DNA from: Dehalococcoidia bacterium
GTDB lineage: Bacteria; Chloroflexota; Dehalococcoidia; Lucifugimonadales; UBA1123
DNA length: 64,000 nt
Assembly (NCBI GenBank): GCA_963665255.1
Contig: OY762210.1
Span: forward strand, 130,866 to 194,865
Direction of reading: 5' to 3'
Position 1 is the first letter of the stretch, and each line of letters opens with the position of its first letter. The translations under genes and the position numbers were made by a program. Positions 25,372-34,336 of the stretch are shown piece by piece. The notes beneath the pieces were generated by a model, which ran no database searches, was not told where the DNA came from, and was given only the letters and a program-made list of their open reading frames with translations.

Positions 25372-26721
25372 TTGCTAAGTCTCCGAGGTCGCCATAACGC
25401 GATCCTGGCAATCGTACTGACCGCGCTGGCCGTTCTGTACATCGGCTGGAAGATCACGCAGTCTCCTGAACAGGCTCTGCAGTTCACCTTCAACGGCCTC
25501 GCCGTGGGCGCCGTGTACGCGCTGCTCGCGATGGGATTCACGCTGGTGTACAGCACGGTCTGGTTCTTCGACCTGTACTATGGCGCAGCAGCAGCCCTCG
25601 GGGCATACGGAGTCTTCTACCTCCGCTCACATGACACGCTGGGCGGACGCTACGAGGTCAACGAGCCGATCCTCAACATCCTGTTTGCCGTGGTGACCGC
25701 CGGGGTCGTCGCGTGGTCGTTCCACACGAGCTTCGGTTCCCGCCTGAGGAGCCGCCTCAACACGACTGGAGTCAGGATCGTTGCTCTGCTCATCGGCGCT
25801 GCCGCCGGTGTGTACATGGGCTTCGTGCTGAGCTTCCCCAAGGACATCCACACTGTGCTAAGTCCGGCCGTAGGCGTGCTAGTCGCCGTGGCTGTGGTGT
25901 GGGTGCTGCATACCATATACAGGAGCGTGCTCCCGAGGACCACCACCATACCGGTGCTGGTAGTCGGCGCGGTGGCTGGAGTCGCCCTCGGAGTTTACTG
26001 CGCCGTTGCCGTGTACGGCTCGCCGGACTGGGGACTGTACCTCACCTGGGGAATCTCCTGTCTGCTGGCCGGCATCGTGGGACTCGCGCTCTACCGAGGA
26101 CTGTACGTGTACATGCGAGAGCGGGCGAGGTCCCCGCTGGTCATGCTCGTGGCCACGCTGGGCATCCTGCTCGCAATCACCGCGTTCACCACGATCATAT
26201 TCCAGAGCGCGCCGAGGCCTCTGCCCGACGCGTTCGGCAGCACTCCGTGGAAGATCGCCGGTGCGAACATCAAGGGATTCAACGTATTCACCATCGGCGT
26301 CGCGCTCGTGGGGTTCGTCTTCCTTCTGTTCCTGCTGAAGATGACGTCTTTCGGGAAAGCTGTAAGGGCTATCGGTGACGACGAAGAGGTATCGAAGGTC
26401 GTGGGTATCAACACGACCGTGGTCATCGCCGTCGTCTTCTTCATAGGCGCGATATACGCTGCCGCCGCGGGAGTGCTGAGCGGACACGACACCGCCATCC
26501 AGCCCAGGATGGGCCTGCTGCTCCTGCTCAAGGGGTGGATCGCCTCGGTTGTCGGCGGCATAGGAAACATGTACGGCGCCATAGTCGGCGGGTTCGTGCT
26601 AGGCCTGATCGAGCAGTTCGGCATCTGGGACCTCGCAGGAGAGTGGAAGGACGCGATCTCGTTCGTCCTTCTGATTCTGTTCCTGTCCTTCTGGCCCAAC
26701 GGCCTGCTGCCCAGGAAGTAG
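25372..26721 (+). CDS. Branched-chain amino acid ABC transporter permease (LivH-type), unusually long
   Basis: 449 aa. N-terminal QFTFNGLAVGAVYALLAMGFTLVYS and C-terminal ...GNMYGAIVGGFVLGLIEQF are LivH hallmarks. An extra ~150-aa hydrophobic insert follows the first TMs. TTG start behind GAGGAG. Confidence 0.85.
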   Translation: MLSLRGRHNAILAIVLTALAVLYIGWKITQSPEQALQFTFNGLAVGAVYALLAMGFTLVYSTVWFFDLYYGAAAALGAYGVFYLRSHDTLGGRYEVNEPILNILFAVVTAGVVAWSFHTSFGSRLRSRLNTTGVRIVALLIGAAAGVYMGFVLSFPKDIHTVLSPAVGVLVAVAVVWVLHTIYRSVLPRTTTIPVLVVGAVAGVALGVYCAVAVYGSPDWGLYLTWGISCLLAGIVGLALYRGLYVYMRERARSPLVMLVATLGILLAITAFTTIIFQSAPRPLPDAFGSTPWKIAGANIKGFNVFTIGVALVGFVFLLFLLKMTSFGKAVRAIGDDEEVSKVVGINTTVVIAVVFFIGAIYAAAAGVLSGHDTAIQPRMGLLLLLKGWIASVVGGIGNMYGAIVGGFVLGLIEQFGIWDLAGEWKDAISFVLLILFLSFWPNGLLPRK

Positions 26722-26733
26722 TTAGCGTTGTTG

Positions 26734-27783
26734 ATGAATAGACAGCTGTTCAGGGACTTCGCGACACTGTTCCGCGATCCCAGGATCTTCTGGCAAACCG
26801 CCAGGGGCAATGTTCAGCTGTGGGCGAACCTGTTCGTCATCGCATGGGCCATCGGATTCATGCTGTGGCAGGGCGTCGGATTCGCCATCACCGTGGGTAC
26901 TGTCTTCGCCATCTGGGCAATACTTGCCGTGAGTCTCAACCTCGTCGTCGGATTCACCGGACTGCTGTCGGTTGGCCACATAGGCTTCTTCGGAATCGGC
27001 GCCTATGCTATGGCGATTCTGACCTCAAACCCCGAATATGAACAGCTTCGCACCGAGGCAATACCCACCTTTGCCTGGCCCTTCTTCGCCGCCCTGCCTG
27101 TCAGCGTGCTGGCGGCAGGGTTAGTGGCAATAGTTGTGGGCGTGGTGTTCAACAGGTTCAGGGACGACATCTACGTGCTCGTCTCGTTCGGATTCGCGAT
27201 CATCTCGTTCAATGTGTTCCTGAACTGGCGGGGCTTCACCAGGGGCGCGTTCGGAATCCACGAGATCGCCCGGCCCGATATAGGAGGCTGGGTTTTCGAC
27301 GGCGAGCTGGACTTTCTCATCTTCGTACTTGTGTGCCTCGCCATCATCATGCTGATTTCATGGTTCATAGTGACGTCCTCGTTCGGCAGGGTGCTCACCG
27401 CGATCCGCGAGGACGAGCAGGCGATCGAGGTCTTCGGCTACCAGGTCACCCAGTACAAGCTCGCCATATGGGTCATATCTGCCATGATGGCGGGACTCGC
27501 GGGCGGTCTGTTCAGCAGCTGGACCAGCTTCATAGACCCGTTCTCGTTCATCCTGCTCGAGTCGATCCTGCTCATATCCATCGTGATTCTCGGCGGACTG
27601 GCCACCATCTGGGGCTCTCTGCTCGGCGCGATGACGTTCGTCCTGCTCGAAGAGGGGATGCGCTTCCTGCCGTTCATGCCTGTCGAGTACATCGGCCAGG
27701 CCCGACAGGTGGTGCTTGGTATACTCCTGGTGCTGCTGATGCTGTTCAGGCCGCAGGGCCTGGTTGGGAGGTACAGGCTATGA
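26734..27783 (+). CDS. Branched-chain amino acid ABC transporter permease (LivM-type)
   Basis: ...NLVVGFTGLLSVGHIGFFGIGAY...LTAIREDEQAIEVFGY... is the LivM pattern. ATG at 26734; the ORF track uses a TTG at 26728. Confidence 0.85.
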   Translation: MNRQLFRDFATLFRDPRIFWQTARGNVQLWANLFVIAWAIGFMLWQGVGFAITVGTVFAIWAILAVSLNLVVGFTGLLSVGHIGFFGIGAYAMAILTSNPEYEQLRTEAIPTFAWPFFAALPVSVLAAGLVAIVVGVVFNRFRDDIYVLVSFGFAIISFNVFLNWRGFTRGAFGIHEIARPDIGGWVFDGELDFLIFVLVCLAIIMLISWFIVTSSFGRVLTAIREDEQAIEVFGYQVTQYKLAIWVISAMMAGLAGGLFSSWTSFIDPFSFILLESILLISIVILGGLATIWGSLLGAMTFVLLEEGMRFLPFMPVEYIGQARQVVLGILLVLLMLFRPQGLVGRYRL

Positions 27784-28610
27784 CGAGGAGCGAGGAAAGA
27801 GGAGTGAGGAAAGAGAGGTCGGAGGCAGCCACGATCGTTCGTCCTGAGCTTGTCGAAGGGTCATCTGCAGACCATCACGACTTCGTCCTGGAGACCTCAG
27901 AGATCTCCAAGCACTTCGGTGCCGTCAGGGCCGTGGACCAGCTCTCCATATCCATTCCCAGGACCGGCATGACGAGCATCGTCGGCCCGAACGGCTCGGG
28001 CAAGTCGACGCTTGTGAACCTTCTCAGCGGCACGCTGCCCCTGGACGGCGGAATAGTCATCATTGACGGCGTCGGCCTAAGGGTCGTGAGGGCGCACGAG
28101 ACGCCGGGACATGGCATCACGCGCACCTTCCAGGAGGTCAGGCTGTTCGATCAGATCAGCGTCTGGGACAACATCCTGGTGGTGCTGACCGAGAGGCATC
28201 CGTTCCGCGCGCTGATGGAGCGGGGCAAGCAGAGCCACCGTGAGAAGGCGCAGAACATCCTCGAGAACGTCGGCATGTGGGAGAAGCGCGACTCGCTTGC
28301 CATGGACCTCTCATACGGCCAGCGCAAGCTGCTTGAGATAGGTCGCGCGATGGCCCTCGAGGTCCACACATACCTGTTCGACGAGCCGTTTGCAGGTCTG
28401 TTCCCACAGATGCTGGAGCAGGTCAAGGACATCATGAGACTCATGCGCGACGAGGGACGCTCCATCATCTTCATCTCCCACAACATGGACATCGTCCGGG
28501 AGCTGACAGACCACCTGATCGTGCTCGACAGCGGCAGGCTTCTCGCAGAGGGAGACGTCACAGAAGTCCTCGCCAGCGATGAAGTGATACAGGCATACCT
28601 GGGGACGTAG
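27780..28610 (+). CDS. ABC transporter ATP-binding protein (LivG-type) with N-terminal extension
   Basis: ATG at 27780 overlaps the livM-type stop (ATGA). Walker A GPNGSGKST, signature LSYGQRKLLEI, Walker B YLFDEP. The ~35-aa N-terminal extension includes the REP-derived RPELVEG. Confidence 0.85.
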   Translation: MTRSEERGVRKERSEAATIVRPELVEGSSADHHDFVLETSEISKHFGAVRAVDQLSISIPRTGMTSIVGPNGSGKSTLVNLLSGTLPLDGGIVIIDGVGLRVVRAHETPGHGITRTFQEVRLFDQISVWDNILVVLTERHPFRALMERGKQSHREKAQNILENVGMWEKRDSLAMDLSYGQRKLLEIGRAMALEVHTYLFDEPFAGLFPQMLEQVKDIMRLMRDEGRSIIFISHNMDIVRELTDHLIVLDSGRLLAEGDVTEVLASDEVIQAYLGT

Positions 28611-28614
28611 ACAG

Positions 28615-29367
28615 ATGGTGGATACACAGACAGAAGAAAAACTCCTGGACCTCGTCGACATATCAGTCCACTACGGCGCGGTCGTCGCACTCGACCGTAT
28701 CTCACTGGGCGTGAGCAGGGGCGAAGTCGTCGCCGTGATGGGCCCGAATGGCGCGGGGAAGTCCACCGTACTCAAGGCCATCATGGGCCTCGCTCCCGTG
28801 GTCGGCGGAGACGTGTACTGGCGACAGCAGCCGCTGGTCGCAGCCACCCACGAGATAGTCAAGGAGGGCATCGCGTTCGTCCCTCAGGGCAGGCGTGTGT
28901 TCACCCATCTCACCATTGAGGAGAACCTCGAAATGGGCTGCCTCTATCTCAACGACGCCGATGAGAAGGACCGTCGCATGGATTCGGTGATGGAGCTGTT
29001 CCCGATCCTGCACGAGAAGCGACGCGACCTCGCCAGCCAGATGTCAGGCGGACAGCAGCAGATGCTGGCTCTCGGACGTGGACTCATGGCCGGGCCCGAG
29101 GTGCTCCTGCTGGACGAGCCGACGCTGGGACTCGCGCCCATAATCGTCAGCGAGGTGTTTCAGAAGGTCTCAGAGATCAGCGACAGGCTCAACACCACCA
29201 TCCTGGTCGTCGAGCACAACATCAAGGGAGTCCTGGACATAGTGGACCGCGCCTACGTGCTCGACAGGGGCAGGGTCGTACACGGCGGTACCCCGGATTC
29301 GGTCAGGGATACCGATATCCTCACCCGCGTCTTCCTCGGCCAGTACACGCCCGCCGAAGAGGAATAA
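28615..29367 (+). CDS. ABC transporter ATP-binding protein (LivF-type)
   Basis: Walker A GPNGAGKST, signature MSGGQQQMLALGR, Walker B LLLDEPTLGLAP. Confidence 0.9.
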   Translation: MVDTQTEEKLLDLVDISVHYGAVVALDRISLGVSRGEVVAVMGPNGAGKSTVLKAIMGLAPVVGGDVYWRQQPLVAATHEIVKEGIAFVPQGRRVFTHLTIEENLEMGCLYLNDADEKDRRMDSVMELFPILHEKRRDLASQMSGGQQQMLALGRGLMAGPEVLLLDEPTLGLAPIIVSEVFQKVSEISDRLNTTILVVEHNIKGVLDIVDRAYVLDRGRVVHGGTPDSVRDTDILTRVFLGQYTPAEEE

Positions 29368-29377
29368 CGCCAGACCC

Positions 29378-30178
29378 CTACTCGCCCCGCAGACGCCTCA
29401 GCTCTGCCTCCACCTCAGCCAGCCGCTCCTCGGCAGATTCCCTGGCTTTTCTCTCTGTGTAAGCATTGGCTTCGGCATATTCTCTTGCCGCGCTCTCTTC
29501 GCGAGCGCGCTCTTCGGCGGACTCCCTTGCAGCCTGAACCGCATTGGCATTAGCGAAAACGTCCCAGCTATTCGGAAGCCACTCGCCCTTCGCGGGGTCG
29601 TACACACGCAGGTGTCCATCCTCCCAGCAGATGTCCAACCCCAGGACCTCACTGTGTCCGCGCACCCGGCCTCCAGGTTCTCGCTCCATCTCCACGCGTC
29701 GATACTCGCCGTCCACCAACCGCTCACCAACCAGCGGCTCACGATAGAAGTCGCCACCTGTTGAGTCGAAGCGCCAGTATTCACGAACCCCGATCTCTGC
29801 ATACAACTCCCGCTTGGCTACAAGGTCAGTAGTCGCAGTACTTGGGGAGCCTATCTCAAGCACGAAGTCCGGTGGCTTGCCCACCTCCCAGATACGGTAT
29901 GTATTGAACCTTTCTATAGACTCCATGCTGATGTCGATGGCTACGTAGCAGTCGGGAGACACTAGGCGTCGAGGGTTGCCCTCCTCGTAGTAGATGATCG
30001 TGTTGCCATTGACGTGTGTATTTGGGACGTCATGGTAGTACAGGTCAAAAATGGACAGGACCTCACGGAAGATGGGACCTTGGAACTCTCCGTCGGGCAA
30101 AGGCATACCGTCCGTTTCGGGATAGAAGACCTCGGTGAGATCGCCGGTGGAAGCTGCGTCGACTGGTCTGGTGGTCAT
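29378..30178 (-). CDS. Uma2-family (DUF820) endonuclease, paralogue 2
   Basis: MTTRPVDAAS...FYPETDGMPLPDGEFQ...SPDCYVAI...PDFVLEIGSPST...KRELYAEIGVREYWRFD...ELRRLRGE. ATG at 30178 behind GGAGGGG, matching the N-terminus of the paralogue at 7832-8581. Confidence 0.85.
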   Translation of the reverse strand: MTTRPVDAASTGDLTEVFYPETDGMPLPDGEFQGPIFREVLSIFDLYYHDVPNTHVNGNTIIYYEEGNPRRLVSPDCYVAIDISMESIERFNTYRIWEVGKPPDFVLEIGSPSTATTDLVAKRELYAEIGVREYWRFDSTGGDFYREPLVGERLVDGEYRRVEMEREPGGRVRGHSEVLGLDICWEDGHLRVYDPAKGEWLPNSWDVFANANAVQAARESAEERAREESAAREYAEANAYTERKARESAEERLAEVEAELRRLRGE

Positions 30179-30378
30179 GCTCCCCTCCTGCGCTCGATCA
30201 TAGCACAGCTCGGCGTCATTGCGGGACGGATTACGTCGCATCTATCGTGATATACCGTATAGGTTCATATTATGGTTATCCCTGACCGTGTAACCCTCGA
30301 AAAAGATTCACCCCCGCTACTCCGTGTCACAGCCGCGAATTAGGCTGACATGGACTGACGGGGGTGGTTTACGAACTG

Positions 30379-30405
30379 GTAGGGGCAGGTTTAGAACCTG
30401 CCCCA
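30379..30405. repeat. GTAGGGGCAGGTT-loop-AACCTGCCCC hairpin element (short form); terminator-like, downstream of the CDGSH gene
   Basis: Perfect 10-bp stem ggggcaggtt/aacctgcccc with a 3-nt loop. Same family as 41768, 44894, 45870, 47428, 48871 and 56046. Confidence 0.75.
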
Positions 30406-30410
30406 TTGTG

Positions 30411-30614
30411 CTACTTCGCTTCGCTGTCGGCCTCGAAGCCAGCGGGACGATGGGTGCCGTCACAGAAGGGCTTGTTCTCGCTCTGACCGCAGCGGCACAG
30501 CGTTACCACGTCTCCCTCGACGGAGTACTCGTTGCCCTCGGCATCGACGATCTTGAAGTCACCCTGTACCAGTAGTGGGCCGTTCACCCTGGGCGTAATT
30601 GATACATCTGCCAT
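30411..30614 (-). CDS. CDGSH iron-sulfur domain protein
   Basis: 67 aa. ...LCRCGQSENKPFCDGTHR... is the CDGSH [2Fe-2S] motif. Confidence 0.85.
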   Translation of the reverse strand: MADVSITPRVNGPLLVQGDFKIVDAEGNEYSVEGDVVTLCRCGQSENKPFCDGTHRPAGFEADSEAK

Positions 30615-30668
30615 TCGAAAACCTCCAGTTATCGGCTATTGATAAGACGGTCCTGCGCGCTGATCTTA

Positions 30669-32720
30669 TCACACGCCCAGACGCTGTCTGATCGCAGTCG
30701 TCAACTCAGGCACTATCTCATTCCAGTCGCCGAGTATTCCGAAGTCGGACGCTCGGAATATCTGCGACCTCGCACTGTTGTTGATCGCGACGATCGTCCC
30801 CGACCGCTGTATCCCGACCGTGTGGTTGAACGGCCCGCGCAGCGCGACCGCAACGTACAGCTCCGGCGCGACTGCCTTGCCGGACAGCCCTATCTGGTAC
30901 TGGCGCGGCAGCCATCCGAGGTCGCACACGTCCCGGGTCGTGCCTATGGACGCGCCAAGCGCCGACGCAAGCTCGCGTATCGGCCCGAGGTTCTCAGGCC
31001 CGCCGATGCCCATGCCGACTGACACCACCCTCGCCGCTCGCTCAAGCTCTGCGCCCTCTGCCGACTCGTCCGACACGCTTCTCAGCACCCTGACCCCTGA
31101 CGCCTCGACCGTCCCGACGTCGATCCGGTTGACCACCGGCTCGATCGACTCGTCCGGCTCGCACGCCGTCAGGATGCCGGGTCGCACCGTCGCCATGTTG
31201 GGGAGCGTACGCGACAGGATTGGCGCGACGATGCTTCCCCCGAACGCCGGCTTGAGCTGCGAGAGCCGCCCTTCGTCGTCTATGTCGAGCCCAACGCAGT
31301 CGCCGGTGAGTCCGAGCTCCAGTCTGCCGGCCACCCTCGCTGCCAGGTCGCGCCCGTTGGCAGTGGACGGCACCAGCACTGCGAACGGCGACTGCGCTTT
31401 GATCGCCGCCGTCAACGTCGCAGTGTGAGCCTCGGTGTCGTAGTCTGCAAGTCCTGACCCACCCGCGATGTGCACCGTGTCAGCACCGTACGCAGTCAAC
31501 TGCCGGATGCGTCCATCGTCGTCGTCCCCTATCAGCACGGCCTCGACGTTGGTGCCTATCTGCACCGCAAGCTCTCGCGCCCGTCCGAGAAGCTCCAGCG
31601 TAACGGGCCGCACCTCTCCGCCGATGACCTCCGCGACCACCCAGATCGCCCCCTCCGCTCGCCCTGAGCCTGTCGAAGGGGCCTGTCCTGAGCTTGCCGA
31701 AGGGCCTTGCTCCAGCCTCGGCCCACGGGCCACCCCCGTTCGTCTTGAGCCTGTCGAAGCGGCCTGTCCTGAGCCTGTCGAATGACCTTGCTCCAGCCTC
31801 GGCCCCCTGGCCACTACCGTTCGTCTTGAGCTTGCCGAAGCGGCCTGTCCTGAGCCTGTCGAAGGGCCGAACACCCCCCGCTCTTCGAGGAACTCCATCA
31901 TCTGGGCTACTGCTTCCGCTGGCGGGAGGTCGCGCACGACCGTGCCGAGTCTCGTCGACTCCAGGGAGAATATCTCGTCCACCCATGTCGGAGAGCCGTC
32001 CAGCCCGAACTGCGACATGTCGTCGGTCAGGTCAGCGGCGGTAAGCTGCTCTATCGGCCTGGATGCAGCCTCCGCCATCGCCTCCCGTCTCGGGTAGACC
32101 TCCTCTGCCGCGCCGTCCGTGATGGTCACCAGCGCGGGCATCGGGCACTCAAGCTCCTGGTAGCCCTCGTCAGTCAGCCGTGTGGCCGAAATCGAGCCCG
32201 CCTCAGGGTCCATGTCGAGCTTCGATACCGCCGTGATCTGCGGAACCCCGAGCATCTCGGCGATCTCGGGCCCGACCTGCCCGGTCTCCGCGTCCGTGCT
32301 GTTGCGTCCGCAGATGACGAGGTCCGGCTGCTCACGCTCGAGGGCCAGTGCCAGTGCACGTGACGTCGCCAGCGTGTCCGAGCCGGCGAACGCGCGGTCG
32401 TTGAGGTGTACAGCACGGTCCGCCCCCATAGCCAGCGCCTGCACAAGCGCGTCGGACGCCTGTGGCGGCCCCATCGTGAGCGCAACGACCTCGACCTGTC
32501 CTGAGCCTGTCGAAGCAGCCTGTCCTGAGTTCGTCGAAGTGGCCTGTGCTGAGCCTGCCGAAGCATGCTCCCCCTTGAGTCGCACAGCTAGCGACAGCGA
32601 CAGCACGTCGTATGGGTTGACCTCATTCGGCACACCCTCGCGCACAACACGCCGTGTCTCATTGTCGAACTTGAGCATCGAGACAACAGGCACCTGCTTA
32701 ATGCAAACAGCGATCTTCAT
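30669..32720 (-). CDS. Electron transfer flavoprotein beta-alpha fusion (EtfB-EtfA) joined by repeat-derived linker
   Basis: ATG at 32720 behind GGAGG. N-terminal MKIAVCIKQVPVVSMLKFDNETRRV... is EtfB. After the linker, AIWVVAEVIGGEVRPVTLELLGRARELA...YVAVALRGPFNHTVGIQRSGTIVAINNS is EtfA with its FAD region. There is no stop between the halves. Confidence 0.85.
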   Translation of the reverse strand: MKIAVCIKQVPVVSMLKFDNETRRVVREGVPNEVNPYDVLSLSLAVRLKGEHASAGSAQATSTNSGQAASTGSGQVEVVALTMGPPQASDALVQALAMGADRAVHLNDRAFAGSDTLATSRALALALEREQPDLVICGRNSTDAETGQVGPEIAEMLGVPQITAVSKLDMDPEAGSISATRLTDEGYQELECPMPALVTITDGAAEEVYPRREAMAEAASRPIEQLTAADLTDDMSQFGLDGSPTWVDEIFSLESTRLGTVVRDLPPAEAVAQMMEFLEERGVFGPSTGSGQAASASSRRTVVARGPRLEQGHSTGSGQAASTGSRRTGVARGPRLEQGPSASSGQAPSTGSGRAEGAIWVVAEVIGGEVRPVTLELLGRARELAVQIGTNVEAVLIGDDDDGRIRQLTAYGADTVHIAGGSGLADYDTEAHTATLTAAIKAQSPFAVLVPSTANGRDLAARVAGRLELGLTGDCVGLDIDDEGRLSQLKPAFGGSIVAPILSRTLPNMATVRPGILTACEPDESIEPVVNRIDVGTVEASGVRVLRSVSDESAEGAELERAARVVSVGMGIGGPENLGPIRELASALGASIGTTRDVCDLGWLPRQYQIGLSGKAVAPELYVAVALRGPFNHTVGIQRSGTIVAINNSARSQIFRASDFGILGDWNEIVPELTTAIRQRLGV
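31663..31868. repeat. 81-bp tandem repeat, about 2.5 units, forming the EtfB-EtfA linker
   Basis: Units start at 31663, 31744 and 31825. Each is built from CCTGAGCCTGTCGAAGG-type motifs. At 27 codons per unit they stay in frame and encode (G)PSTGSGQAAS..SRRT.VARGPRLEQG. Confidence 0.85.
32495..32566. repeat. 24-bp tandem repeat x3 inside the EtfB half
   Basis: cctgtcctgagcctgtcgaagcag / cctgtcctgagttcgtcgaagtgg / cctgtgctgagcctgccgaagcat. Encodes SAGSAQATSTNSGQAASTGSGQ inserted in EtfB. Confidence 0.8.
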
Positions 32721-32824
32721 AGATGTTTCGCCTCCGGGTACTTGGCGAGAGGACATGGACGAATCCTCGCCCTTGAATCCGTCATTCCCGCGAACGCGGG
32801 AATCCAGGGGGATGGGTCGAGGCA

Positions 32825-33085
32825 CTACCCGCCCCGAATGCGCTCCTGAACACGCTCCCTGAATCCGGCAGGAGCCCCCGACGCAGCAGTCGAGCGAAGC
32901 ATGTCGATCGTAGCCCTCATCGTCTCGATGAACGCCGTGCACGGACCGCACCGCTCAAGGTGCGACCTGATCCTGGACGACTCCCCCGAGCCGAGGTCGC
33001 CGTCGATGAAGTCCGAGGACGCCACCCTAACCTCGCCGCAGTCGAGCTCGCGTCCCCTGAATAGTCTGACCAGTCGTGAAATCAT
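32825..33085 (-). CDS. Small zinc-binding anti-sigma factor (ZAS / zf-HC2 type)
   Basis: 86 aa. DCGEVRVASSDFIDGDLGSGESSRIRSHLERCGPC fits C...H-x3-C-x2-C. No TM segment. Confidence 0.6.
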   Translation of the reverse strand: MISRLVRLFRGRELDCGEVRVASSDFIDGDLGSGESSRIRSHLERCGPCTAFIETMRATIDMLRSTAASGAPAGFRERVQERIRGG

Positions 33086-33119
33086 CCTGCCAGTTACCGC
33101 CCCTGTTAAAGCGATTAAA

Positions 33120-33370
33120 CTCTATTCCAACCCAACTTAACCGTCAACACAATTCCCCTCTCCCAACGCCCCCCACCGTCATTCCGGCGAAGGCCGGAAT
33201 CCAGAGGCACTCAACCATCCATGGTTCTGCACACTTAAATGCAAGCCCACCTCTAACAGCCACTCTCCCCCCTCTCCCACAGCCACTCTCTCCCCTCTCC
33301 CACCGTCATTCGCAGCCCCCTCTCCCACCGTCATTCCCGCGAAAGCGGGAACCCAGAGGGGCGGAGGATG
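33120..33370. repeat. Cluster of short palindromic REP units (CATTCC[CG]GCGAA[AG]GC[CG]GGAA[TC]CCAG type and CT-rich units)
   Basis: Hairpins at 33179-33208 (cattccggcgaaggccggaatccag) and 33330-33360 (cattcccgcgaaagcgggaacccag). Related copies lie near 32780, 34940, 39901, 45022 and 55014. Confidence 0.75.
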
Positions 33371-33483
33371 GGGCTGATCAATTCCACTTACTACTAACCC
33401 ACCTATCAGATACAATTGGATGCAATACACCTCAAAAGGGTGCAACCCGCTCCTGATTCGTCCGAGGTTCCCGCAGAAATACC

Positions 33484-34041
33484 GTGGCAGAACAGTCCGC
33501 ACAGCACTCCCAGCACTCGGAAAAGCCCCCCGATTTCGAGCAGGTCGTCGAGCAGCACTCAGACCTTGTCTACAACGTCGCCCTCAAGATGATGGGCAGG
33601 CCCGAGGACGCTGAAGAGGTCGCGCAGGAGGCCCTGATTTCGGCCTACAGGGCGTACGACCGCTTCAGGGGAGACTCGAAGATCACGACCTGGCTGTACC
33701 GGATCACGGTAAACGCCGCGCTGATGCGACTGCGCAAGGACAAGAGGGAGAAGACCCTGACACGCACCGGCCTGGAGGACGTCGAAATACCCGACTGGTC
33801 CGACACGCCCGACCGGTTCGCCTCGAACTCCGAGCTAGGCGACAGGCTGCGCGAGGGCATCGCGATGCTCCCCGAGGACTTCAGGGCCGCCGTCGTGCTG
33901 AGAGACGTCGAGGGCCTGACCAACGCCGAAGCCGCCGACGCCCTCGACATCACCGTCTCCTCCTTCAAGTCGCGCCTCCACCGCGGCCGCGTCCTCCTCA
34001 GAAAACACCTCGAAGAGTACCTCAGCCTCACCCGCACCTAA
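33484..34041 (+). CDS. ECF-type RNA polymerase sigma-70 factor
   Basis: 185 aa. Region 2 is DLVYNVALKMMGRPEDAEEVAQEALISAYRAYDRFRGDSKITTWLYRITVNAALMRLRK. Region 4 is LPEDFRAAVVLRDVEGLTNAEAADALDITVSSFKSRLHRGR. Confidence 0.9.
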   Translation: MAEQSAQHSQHSEKPPDFEQVVEQHSDLVYNVALKMMGRPEDAEEVAQEALISAYRAYDRFRGDSKITTWLYRITVNAALMRLRKDKREKTLTRTGLEDVEIPDWSDTPDRFASNSELGDRLREGIAMLPEDFRAAVVLRDVEGLTNAEAADALDITVSSFKSRLHRGRVLLRKHLEEYLSLTRT

Positions 34042-34051
34042 GGAGGGACCC

Positions 34052-34276
34052 ATGCGCGACGTACCGATAGTCTTTCCCATCGCACTGGCGATAATCGTCG
34101 CCATGCTGCTGTTCACCAGCGCCTACGCCGTCTCAGCCAACGCGGTAGCGAACAACGCAGCCTACTCCTCACAGGTGTCCCCCACCGGATTCATGATTTC
34201 AACCGGCCAGGGCAACGCCGCGCAAGACGGTTCCGGCGGCTACAGCTGGTACGAGAATGCCGCCCTCGCCGTTTGA
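34052..34276 (+). CDS. Small membrane/secreted protein (hypothetical)
   Basis: 74 aa with one N-terminal TM (IVFPIALAIIVAMLLFTSAYA). Lies 10 nt downstream of the sigma factor gene. No zf-HC2 motif. Confidence 0.3.
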   Translation: MRDVPIVFPIALAIIVAMLLFTSAYAVSANAVANNAAYSSQVSPTGFMISTGQGNAAQDGSGGYSWYENAALAV

Positions 34277-34336
34277 CCGCTCCACTGACTGCAGTTGCAG
34301 TCAAACCCCGTATCCGCTAACTGGAAGAGCAGGTAG

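Noticed and set aside
27333-27779. N-terminal 149 codons of the track ORF 27333-28610.
   Set aside because: This part overlaps the LivM-type gene out of frame and is Arg/His/Pro-rich nonsense. The ATG at 27780, which overlaps the livM-type stop as ATGA, gives a normal ATPase.
31663-31868. Could the CCTGAGCCTGTCGAAGG repeat arrays be a CRISPR array?
   Set aside because: The units are contiguous without unique spacers, vary in sequence, have lengths that are multiples of 3, lie in frame inside a CDS, and have no cas genes nearby. They are REP-derived tandem repeats.
32721-32951. N-terminal 77 codons of the track ORF 30669-32951 (Etf).
   Set aside because: The canonical EtfB N-terminus MKIAVCIKQVP starts at 32720 behind GGAGG. 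The upstream part crosses a REP hairpin and overlaps the anti-sigma gene.
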